Origin: Paraspadella gotoi | Lineage: Eukaryota > Animalia > Chaetognatha | Assembly: GCA_051294375.1 (NCBI GenBank) | Contig: JBJCIZ010001204.1 | Coordinates: 1-13,487 of the forward strand | Reading direction: 5' to 3' | Length of the DNA stretch: 13,487 nucleotides | Part shown: piece after piece, positions 1 to 8,403 of the stretch | Layout of the letters: the number at the start of each line of letters is the position of its first letter | Numbering within the stretch: position 1 is the stretch's first letter | Position numbers and translations under genes: made by a program | Notes under the pieces: generated by a model | What the model saw: only the letters and a program-made list of their open reading frames with translations | Told to the model about the DNA's origin: nothing | Database searches by the model: none

Positions 1-147
1 GCGATCTATCTCTCTCATTTATTATTTGATCGACGGCGTCATTAGATTCCCGATTTAGAGTCAGCACGAACCCGCGCTAGTGTATCGTAACAGACTCTCT
101 GTCTTCTCATCTCTTGTATCGCGTCATAATGGACTTTCGAGTATTGC

Positions 148-370
148 AATGACTATCATCGCATGCGACTGAATGACTATCATCGCATCAAATGAATGAT
201 TATCATCCGATCAATGAAGACTATCATCGCATCAATGATGATTATCATCGCATCAATGAATGATTTCATCGCATCGATGAATGACTATCATCTGCATCAA
301 TTGAATGATTATCATCGGCATCAATGTAATGATTAGTCATAGCATTAAAGTGAATCGACAATCATCGCAC
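148..370 (+). repeat. 22-bp minisatellite, consensus GAATGAYTATCATCGCATCAAT, ~10 imperfect copies
   Basis: Direct reading of head-to-tail units (gaatgactatcatcgcatca, gaatgattatcatc...) with small indels and no unique spacers. Confidence 0.92.
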
Positions 371-450
371 TTCTCTTGCGGCGATTGTTTTGTTTTTTGA
401 AATTCTGATTATTTTTTACCTTCTAAAAAACTTTTTATTATCGCAATTTT
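371..450. repeat. Dispersed repeat module, inverted copy of ~4185-4267
   Basis: Reverse complement (gataataaaaagttttttagaaggtaaaaaataatcagaatttcaaaaaacaaaacaatcgccgcaagagaa) aligns by eye to ataataaaagagtttttagaagtgtgcaaaaaaataatcagaatttttatcaaaaacaaaacaacgatcacgcaaaagaga. Confidence 0.75.
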
Positions 451-670
451 AGTATTACAGAAACTATAACAAGCATCTCAGAGGAAAATTGGTATTTAGC
501 AAATACTTAACTTTATTGTAATAAATGCTAGCTAATACATTCCTGGTCTCAAATAATTGTAATGGGAATTAATATGATTATTATCAAAGAGATAATAATA
601 AATTAAACAAATTAACATATTTAATAGCAGAGTTTTAATTGCCGGAGGGATATCTTTTCAAACTCTGGTC

Positions 671-673
<3 letters not shown>

Positions 674-707
<34 letters not shown>

Positions 708-1290
708 TAATACCAAAAAACCAGTAATTGACGATAATCATATACAGTAATAGTGTAACAGACTGGGCAAAACTAAACTATGTATTGAAATTCTCAATCT
801 ATTGTTGTTTGATTATAAAAACCTTAACATTTTTTTTGAGACATTTGAGATTGTATGCTATATGCTGCTATCATTCTCTTAATATATAACTGAGCCTATT
901 TTTGACCGAGTTTTATAGGTTTTCTAGCCACTGTTTCTGTTATATGATTTCATTAGTGAGGGGCAGTGAAGGAGTTGAATGTGTGACACTTTATATTATA
1001 TAGGGAGAAGTTATATGGGAGGTATCAAGTATTTTTTTGGTTGAATTTTCCACTTCATTTGTTAGGGTGTAGAGATTATATAGTATTTTTTCATCATTTT
1101 TTATATACTTTGGCGAGAATTCTTATACTCTCTTTACAGATGCTAATCATGTTGGCTGAAATATGGGATTATCGGCACCTCTCATGGGTGAGTCAAAATT
1201 TTGAATGAGAACCTGACTAAGAAAATTTATACATTTTAGAGTTTTCAGTAAACATTTACTAATGGTCTTAGCAGATAGATAATTTATTTT
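674..1290 (-). mobile_element. Probable decayed 3' end of a non-LTR retrotransposon (LINE) with poly(A) tail
   Basis: T32 at 674-705 reads on the minus strand as TTAAT followed by A32. Broken minus-strand frames give KINYLSAKTISKCLLKTLKCINFL, PYFSQHD, KR-IRILAK and KKILDTSH, reminiscent of QKRAIRII and ILxDxSHP motifs downstream of the RT domain in CR1/L2/Rex1-group LINEs. Frameshifts and stops are present; no TSD seen. Confidence 0.4.
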
Positions 1291-1356
1291 TAATATTTAT
1301 TTATAGAAAAGGGAAAGTAGGATTATTTTGACCCTATTGTACATGATTCGCTATAT

Positions 1357-1560
1357 CGAGTTCAGGGCTCTGAAGCGGCGTCCAGCTTTTCTCTATCTTT
1401 ATTTCTCTCTCTCCTCTCTCCGTCTCTCTCTCTTGTGATTATATATTTTATTTGTTCTATAAAAAAACACATTTTTTTATCGCCATTTATGTCCGCGCCA
1501 TTATATATATATCTTACATACTAATCCCAAATTTACATTCTAGATTTTTGTGATTTTTAT
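1357..1560. repeat. Inverted fragments of family B interior (matches ~4660-4705 and ~4110-4207) around a (TC)n tract
   Basis: The rc of 1357-1395 (agagaaaagctggacgccgcttcagagccctgaactcg) resembles agagaaagaagctggacaatacgctgctcagaggccggaactcg at 4661-4704. The rc of 1455-1560 resembles 4110-4207 (aaatttgggat/aaatatgggat, gcgcggacataaatggcgataa/gcgcggaataatggcaataa). Confidence 0.65.
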
Positions 1561-1655
1561 CTCGCCACGGCTTAAGCCCGTCATTGGCGAGAAAAGATTC
1601 AGAAGTAGCTTCTTTGTAGTACGTCGTCGTCCGGCATCACGCTTTTTATCTCGCC
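1555..1655 (+). mobile_element. HINE-like family B-related hairpin end with (GTC)n microsatellite
   Basis: TTTTAT-CTCGCCA..CGGCTTAAGCCCG..TGGCGAG hairpin followed by gcttctttgtagtacgtcgtcgtccggcatcacgcttttt. Its rc aligns with 6441-6547. Confidence 0.65.
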
Positions 1656-1732
1656 ATCCAGAAATAGGATCGCGCTAGCTAGATTTTGACGAGAATAACA
1701 AATGAATCTAATTTAAATTTGTTTTTGGGAGC

Positions 1733-1945
1733 TTTTTCCCCATTTTAAACTCACTTTCCACTGGGGACGACAGACCGGACGGATGGACATCATTTTTTGC
1801 ATAATTTTATGCAATACATTATGATTGTTACTGACATGATACAGTGAATGCGCGAAAGATCTCGGGGAGCGGGAACCGACGGGACCGACAAGTTGTAACT
1901 ATAGATAATGGGATGGAAGCACCTGCTGTAGAGCGGGGCCGATAA
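1733..1945 (-). mobile_element. Degenerate, internally deleted family A HINE-like copy (head, GTCC microsatellite, end of central repeat)
   Basis: The rc reads ...ctatagttacaacttgtcggtcccgtcgg...ataaaattatgcaaaaaatgatgtccatccgtcc...gtggaaagtgagtttaaaatgggg, matching 7201-7230, 2420-2456 and 2636-2655. The head hairpin is decayed, so the right boundary is approximate. Confidence 0.7.
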
Positions 1946-2036
1946 TTTTAGACGTAACTAACATTTTATAAAATAATTAAGCATAAACAATTAGACGGAC
2001 ATATGCTCACAAATCTTTGCTACACAATTTAAACGA

Positions 2037-2275
2037 TTAAGGGGAGGAGCATCAATTGTTGGGCCTATATTCATTTAGTTAGAGCTCTCTTTCTAGCTTT
2101 AGAACGTCGAAAACCGGAGCCTCTATCATTTTGAAAACGGAGATATAGTGAGGAGCGTCTCTCACCAATGAATTTCTTTGAAAAATTTTCCAGGCGCCAA
2201 ACGGAATGACGGAGGACTTTCATTTTTTGGTTCGCAATATCCTCACGCTGAATATCTAGGTCCTACCGCATCCCT
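2037..2275 (+). mobile_element. Left end of a TTAA-targeting non-autonomous DNA transposon (Kolobok-like TIR GGGGAGGAGCATCAAT)
   Basis: TTAA (2037-2040) followed by 16 bp (2041-2056) that are the exact reverse complement of 9764-9779, which is also flanked by TTAA. TTAA TSD with RR..YY termini is the Kolobok signature. Confidence 0.6.
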
Positions 2276-2527
2276 TTTAGTCGATGCTGCTTATCAGCAG
2301 AATCCGCGACTCTATCAACTCACTTTTTAAATAACTCACTTTTCTAGGGTTCGGCTCCGCCCCCTCAATATGTCGGGCACACACTTATATCATCGTTCAG
2401 AAGCAATACGGAATTATCGATAAATTATGCAAAAAATGAATGTCCGTCCGTCCGTCCTGATCTGTCCGGTACGTCGTTATCCGTACCGTCCGTCTCCGTC
2501 CGTCCGTCCGCACCTTAGCAAAAAACA

Positions 2528-3460
2528 CCATTACTCGTGATTGGATGGATGAGATTTAAAATGAAATTTTTGTGAGTGTGGGATAGGTTAGTGTGTGATG
2601 AGCCTGAATATAGCTTTCAGATGGAATCGGTCCGAGTGGAAATGAGTTTAAATGGAAAAAAACCAAAAAAAAAATTATCACGTATTTTGAACACCAAATT
2701 GCTCATAGAGTCGGATGGGCTGATTGACATCTGGAATTTTTTTATTGTGGGGTAGGGAAGTTTGTGATTGAACAGGAAATCAAGTTTCGATGGAATAGTT
2801 TTGAGTGGAAATGAGTTTAAATGGAAAAACAAGAGAGAAACCTGTTTTACTTAAATTGATATGCTTCTTTTTCCTTTTATATTAAATGTATCTGCAGGAA
2901 TGTATTATAAATCAAATAATTAAATCAGTTAATATTAATCAATTAGTAAATAAATTAATCATAATTAATTAATTAGTCAATCAACCGTCATCCGTCCCAT
3001 CTTAGGCAAAAAGCTCCAATAACTTCGTGATTGGCTGGTTGGATTGGATTAAATTTTGTGTGTGGGTAGGAAAGTGTGGTGATAAAGCTGGATTATAAAA
3101 TTTCGTATGGAATCGTGTGAGTGGAAATTAAGTTTAAAATGGAAAAAAACCTAAGTCGAATTTACTAAATCTTTTAACTTATTTTTAACCCAATAAATAC
3201 TTCCAATTAATCATAAATTGGATGGATAGATTGAGTTGAAATTTTGTGTGTGGGTAGGAAAAACGTATGACGAAGCCTTTGATATAAAGTTTCAGTGGAA
3301 ACGTACCAAAGTGGAAATGCAAGTTTAAATGAAAAAAATATGAGTCACAATTTTACTTGATCTTTTTATTTATTTTAACCCATGAAAGATTGAGATGAAA
3401 ATTTTTGTGAGCCGGTAGGAAAGTGAGTGAAGAAGCTAGATATAAAGTTTTGACGGATGC
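2528..3460 (+). repeat. Central tandem repeats of family A: ~140-bp core, 4 full and 1 partial copy
   Basis: Core (ATTGGATGGAT..AAATTTTGTG..GGGTAGGAAAGTGTGTGAT..AAGTTTCGATGGAATCG..GAGTGGAAATGAGTTTAAATGGAAAAA) starts at about 2528, 2694, 3016, 3203 and 3384. One more copy lies at 7340-7470. Confidence 0.88.
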
Positions 3461-3540
3461 AAGTTGAAAAAATTATGAAAGTTGAAAAATGATGCAAGTT
3501 AAAAAAATCTAAAAGGCATAAGGATCGTCGCTATTGCATA

Positions 3541-3542
<2 letters not shown>

Positions 3543-3575
<33 letters not shown>

Positions 3576-3632
3576 GAGAGAGAGAGAGAGAGTGAGAGAG
3601 AAAAAGAGAGAGTGAGAAGAGAGAGAGAGAGA
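3543..3632 (+). repeat. (GA)n microsatellite inside family A
   Basis: Direct reading. The homologous (TC)n at ~13359-13399 has the same flanks. Confidence 0.95.
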
Positions 3633-3749
3633 AGGAGACATAAAAATAAAAAAAATCTTAAAAGACTCAAGATCGAGCCAGAGCCCACCTGATCATAGAA
3701 AATTAATGAAAACCGGGAAAAAAACGATGAATCATGCGGACTAAACGAA

Positions 3750-3970
3750 TTGTTGATTGTACTAGTAATTGAATTGAGGTATACTAATTGATTGATGTAA
3801 TAGTAATTTATTGATGTATAGGAATTGAATTATTTGATTCGAAATGATAATCAATTATTGATGGATGAATAGTCAATTCACTGCTGTGAGAATAAGTCAT
3901 TCAGTGATGCGATGATGTCATTCATTGAATGCGATGATTGTCATTCCATTGATAGGGCGATGATAGTCAA
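3750..3970 (-). repeat. Reverse-complement copies of the 22-bp minisatellite, increasingly degenerate leftward
   Basis: gtcattcagtgatgcgatgatgtcattcattgaatgcgatgattgtcattcc..gcgatgatagtca matches ATTGATGCGATGATAGTCATTC. Clear at 3896-3970, faint from ~3750. Confidence 0.75.
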
Positions 3971-4000
3971 TAAAACAAAACAAATGCGTGTATGGAGTGA

Positions 4001-4031
<31 letters not shown>

Positions 4032-4435
4032 CGAAGACGAAGCAGAAGCAGAGAGAAGAGAGAGGAAGCAGAGAGAGAGGAGAGACGAGAGGAAGAGAAA
4101 GAAACGAAAGAGAATAAATCCCACGATAAAATCTCGCATGAAAATATGGGATCTTGTCTTGAAAAAAATGCGCGGAATAATGGCAATAATAAAAGAGTTT
4201 TTAGAAGTGTGCAAAAAAATAATCAGAATTTTTATCAAAAACAAAACAACGATCACGCAAAAGAGATCCGGACACAGATACGGGACAAGACACAGACACA
4301 GAGAGAACGAGAGAGACAGACGAAGCGAGAGAATAAGAGGCAAGAGAGGAGAGAGCAAGAGAGACAGCCCCTGCAGAGAATAAGGCAGAAAGAGCGAATA
4401 TATAATAAATTAAAAAGAGAGAGCAGATGAGAGAA
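4001..4435 (+). repeat. Degenerate (GA)n / purine-rich low-complexity tracts (4001-4113, 4285-4435)
   Basis: Direct reading. These tracts explain the ER-rich and SL-rich ORFs. Confidence 0.85.
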
Positions 4436-5132
4436 GTCTACAGCCCCTTTACTTTCACGAAAGAGAATCAGCAGTACTTTATGGCGCCGATCACGATAGC
4501 AGGAGCTATCTCTCTACCTCAAAGGACCGGGTTCGCCCGCCCCTGTTTCCGCAGTGCATCGTTTTCTTACATTAAGTGAAACCCACCCATTATACTCTAA
4601 AAATTTTTTCGTAACTAGTAAAAAAAAGAGAGAGAGAGCCAGAGACGACGAGAAAAAGAGAGAGAAAGAAGCTGGACAATACGCTGCTCAGAGGCCGGAA
4701 CTCGCTGTTTTTAGAAGAAGCAGTGGAGAACGGAGAAACAAGACCTGAGAGAGAGACGAGAGCGAAAATAATAAATTAAACGTTTTTGTTTTTGTGAAAT
4801 AAAAACCATAAAACATAAGTACCCAAATATTGATATGATAACATTGAGAATTTTAAAAATCTTGCATCCGATAGTTAGAAGAACCTATATGAAATTCAAC
4901 TCCCTATGATACTCACACTTTTCCAGAAGCATGATTGCAAAAAAGCGAGCACCCGAAAGCTACACCGACAAAAAAAATCTAAGACAGGACGGGCTTTGGG
5001 CCCGAACTGGGTTCGATAATAGAGGATATTGAATGTGTTTGTTTTGATTAACTAATGTAAACAAAACCATGTACATAATAACTGTCCATGACTACGCAAA
5101 ATATTAAGGAACATCGAAATGGACCAAGCCAG

Positions 5133-5262
5133 AATTATAATTATAATTAATCTTCATATTAATTAATTTAATTAAATCTATTATTAATTAATTAATCTAT
5201 TAATTAATTAATTAATTTCTATTAATTAATTAATTAATCCCAATTTAATTTAATTAATTAAT
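5133..5262. repeat. (AATT)n self-complementary tract just inside the family A tail
   Basis: Direct reading. The homologous tract at 13166-13215 lies next to the same tail motif. Confidence 0.9.
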
Positions 5263-6437
5263 CTGGTAGACAGATCCTGACATTGTTATGGCGTCAAAAA
5301 CTTGTTTATATATTGCTTCAGAATACCCAAATCCTTCAATAGAAAAAAAGTACAAAAAGCATTGAAATGCCAAATCTTCGTGAACGCAAAAAAAAATATT
5401 AGAAAAATTTTTTTCGGTCAAAATTCGATGCGGTAGGACCTGCGTAATCTCCTGAATTAGTCTAATGAACAAGTCCGTATTATTTTTCTTTTTTATTTGT
5501 ATAATGTGAATTTTTTTTCGTTTCAAAATCTTTTATTCGATTTTTCAAAAACTTTTTCTCGATAAAGACATTTATTTTTCATTGAATTTAAAAGAAAGTT
5601 TGTAATTTTTTCTACTGCACTAAACAAGAAAGCATAATGAAAGCGATCGCCGACGCTAGGGATACTAAGAAACAACAAAGGAAAGTTGCCGTAAAAACAA
5701 CTCTTACCGTTCTAATCCTTCTTTAAACTTTTCTTCAAGAAAAATATTTTCAATTTTTTTTAAAAATTGTAAAAAAAGCGATTGGAAAAAGCGTTCGGAG
5801 AATAAAAAACAAGAGGAATAAGGAAAATGAATCAAGAACTAATCAAGGTAGATAAGAAACAAGCAATGTGATAACAAGGCTTATAAAAAAGATTTTTGTT
5901 TATTTGTCCTATAGGAAGATTCCGGGTTTTTACTTGTAATATTTATACCTCCGCGACTGCCTTTCAAAAACCCATCAACCAGGATATGAAACAGATCAGA
6001 TTTCTTTTAATTTAAATGAAATGAAAAAAAATGAAACAGAAGCGAATTCTTTTCTTTTTCTTCTTAGACGAGTTTCACGTAGGAAGCTCCGAGTTTTAAT
6101 CTCCTCATGGAATCACCCTCTAATTGAGTCTACTACCAAGGAAGTATCGATAATATTACAGGAAAACGTGATTAATATTTCATTTAACCCAAACTTTGAC
6201 ATTTTTAGTGGAATGAAAAAGAACTTTCAAAAGCTAATGAACAATTTTTAATCTTTGTTATCAGATTATTGATTCATCTGAAAAGAGGAAACAACACTGC
6301 AGTCGATTCCTCCTTACTACTCGACGCTTCTTTTGTCTCTGCGTTCCAATGAAGCGGATTGAGATTTTATATAATATTAATAAAATAATAATTATAATAT
6401 TATTTTTATTAGAGCTAACACGAAATTAAAAAAAAAA

Positions 6438-6547
6438 AACAGCGTGACGCGACGACGACGAAGACGACGACGACGACTACGTCACAAAGAAGCTCACCCG
6501 AAACAAAATCAAGCCTGAACCGGCTTCGCCGGTCATGGCTCGATAAA
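6438..6547 (-). mobile_element. Family B HINE-like hairpin end with (GAC)n microsatellite
   Basis: agcgtgacgc(gac)n..acaaagaagc followed by the hairpin agcctgaACCGGCttcGCCGGTcatggct and cgataaa. Homologous to rc 1555-1646 and to 4940-5019. Confidence 0.7.
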
Positions 6548-6757
6548 TATTGCCTTACGTTAATATTAAGACGAAGAAGAAACTTATTTAGTAATTGACC
6601 GTTGTAATTGTTTATGAATAAAGATCAACCTTTATTTATTTAATGTTATACTGATAGGGGGATTAAAAAAACAAATTTAAAGTTTGTAATTTTTTTTTCT
6701 GTTTCTCTTTTTTTGGTTAAGACTTTTGAGGTCAATTGCAGCAATTTTTGTCATGAA

Positions 6758-6963
6758 AAATTGTGAGCCTTTATCAGCGCGAAATAAATTGTAAAAAAAA
6801 ATTTTACTGAAAGAGAGAGAGAGAGAGAGATATTGATATTGATATTGAAAATAGGATTAGAGCTTTAGGAGAGAGAGAGAGAAAGACAAGAAAAAGTTTC
6901 CAACAAAGAATTTTCGAGAGTGAGAAAATATACTTGTATCTCTCTCTCTCTCTCTTCTCTCTA

Positions 6964-7025
<62 letters not shown>

Positions 7026-7079
7026 CTCAGTAAAAAAAAATTTCATAATTTATTTCGCGTTGATAAAGGCTCATAATTT
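6758..7079. repeat. Foldback (long inverted repeat) with inward (GA)n/(TC)n, MITE-like
   Basis: aaattgtgagcctttatcagcgcgaaataaattgtaaaaaaaaattttactga(GA)n versus rc of (TC)n cagtaaaaaaaaatttcataatttatttcgcgttgataaaggctcataattt. About 50 bp unique arms plus microsatellite. Confidence 0.88.
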
Positions 7080-7894
7080 GTAGTTGGATCTGCTTATTGC
7101 AGATTCCAACTCTATAATTCACTTTGTTGGTCCGTCGGTCCCATCCGAAAATCTTCTTGTCGGTAAATATATTATTAAATAAATTATCAGCAGATCCCGA
7201 CTCTATAATCCGCTTGTCGGTCCGACGGTCTGCCCCCTCAATCTCGTCGGTCATTCACTTCAATTATTTCAGATAAATGATAAATTATGCCAAAAAATTA
7301 TGTCCGTCCGTCCGTCCATCCCCCCCTTAGGAAAAAGTGCCAATTACTCGTGATTGGATGATTGGATTGGAATTTAATTTGAGTATGGGTTGGAAAGTGT
7401 GTGATTGAGCTGGACATAAAGTTTCGATGGAATCGTGCGAGTGGAAATTAGTTTGAATGGAAAAAACAAAAGTCACTTTTACTTTTACTTTACGCTTTAG
7501 CGATTTACTTTACCCTTGAATTTCGGTCTTTTTTTTTTAAATTAAATTTTTTTATATTTTAAGTTTTATTTATAGAGGGTTCCCTAAATAAAGGAGCATT
7601 CAGTAATTCAAGATAGCACTTTTGATTAAGTTTTTAAAATTATATACTAGATATCTTATTCTTTTTTAAAAAACAAAATATTATACATAGTAAATTTGAT
7701 CTATACCTGCCAGATTTTTTTATACCTACTTTTATACAAAATAACAATTACTATTTTATTTTATATCATTTCAAAAAATTTAATATTTTTTTAATTAAAT
7801 ATTTTTTTAAACAGTAAATCTATATAATTAATTATTATATTCTATATTTTTATTTTTATTTTTTTTCTTACCTATATTTTTTAAAAACTGAAAT

Positions 7895-8287
7895 AAGTTA
7901 AAAAATTATACAAATTAAAAAAATTATACAAGTTAAAAAATTATACAAGTTAAAAAAATTATGCAAGTAAAAAAATTATGCAAGTTAAAAAATTATGCAA
8001 GTAAAAAATTATGCAAGTAAAAAAATTATGCAAGTTAAAAAAAATTATGTAAGTTAAAAAATAATTACAAGTTAAAAAATTATGCAAGTAAAAAAATTAA
8101 GCAAGTTAAAAAATTATGCAAGTTAAAAAAATTAAGCAAGTTAAAAAAATTATGCAGTTAAAAAATTATGCAAGTTAAAAAAATTATGTAAGTTGAAAAA
8201 ATTATGCAAGTTAAAAAAATTATACAATTAAAAAAATTTTGCAAGTTAAAAAAAGATACAAAATAAAAAATTATATAAGATAAAAAA
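7895..8287 (+). repeat. 17-18-bp minisatellite TTATGCAAGTTAAAAAA(A), ~22 copies
   Basis: Counted by eye. Variation is mainly in A-run length; edges are degenerate. Confidence 0.95.
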
Positions 8288-8403
8288 TATTATTAGTTAA
8301 AAAAATTATAAAAACAAAAATAATAAACAAAATATTAAAAATATTATTTTTATTAATAAGATATTTTTTTTAATTATAAAATATTATTTATGCCAGAATA
8401 ATA

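Larger units (their letters stand above)
3660..5019 (-). mobile_element. Family B HINE-like element nested in family A copy 1, opposite orientation
   Basis: Segment is absent from the family A copy at 13126-13462. Left subTIR ATCGAGCCA (3672-3680). Right end aaagctacaccgacaaaaaaaatc..CGGGC tttgg GCCCG..tgggttcgataa resembles 6489-6546 (..tggctcgataa). Confidence 0.6.
2276..5306 (+). mobile_element. Family A DINE-1/HINE-like (Helentron-associated) non-autonomous element, end-to-end copy 1
   Basis: Head hairpin tttagtcgatgctgcttatcagcagaatccgcgactcta; (GTCC)n at 2441-2510; central tandem repeats 2528-3460; (AATT)n; tail gtagacagatcctgacattgt (5266-5286) inverted relative to the head; terminal ACTTGTT (5300-5306). 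Orientation follows the DINE-1 convention. Confidence 0.75.

Noticed and set aside
148-370. CRISPR array or telomeric repeat
   Set aside because: Contiguous 22-bp units without spacers, no G-rich telomere-like strand, and an internal inverted copy exists.
1140-1187. 48-bp plus-strand mini-exon (tttacAG|...|GTgagt, MLIMLAEIWDYRHLSW)
   Set aside because: Good splice-like signals, but it lies antisense within the probable LINE remnant and has no partner exons; RNA-seq would be needed.
2617-2832. 71-aa minus-strand ORF
   Set aside because: Lies within the non-coding central tandem repeats; the frame is not reported for the other copies.
3912-4430. Four overlapping ORFs (172, 146, 131 and 81 aa)
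   Set aside because: They are translations of (GA)n/(TC)n tracts and the 22-bp minisatellite (ER/RE and SL/LS runs) inside a repeat element; no domain is recognisable.
4554-6251. ORFs 4554-4748, 5254-5526 and 6021-6251
   Set aside because: Short, low-complexity, no recognisable motifs; two overlap repeat elements or their junctions.
7027-7254. 75-aa minus-strand ORF
   Set aside because: Spans the family A head and the foldback arm, so it crosses an element junction.
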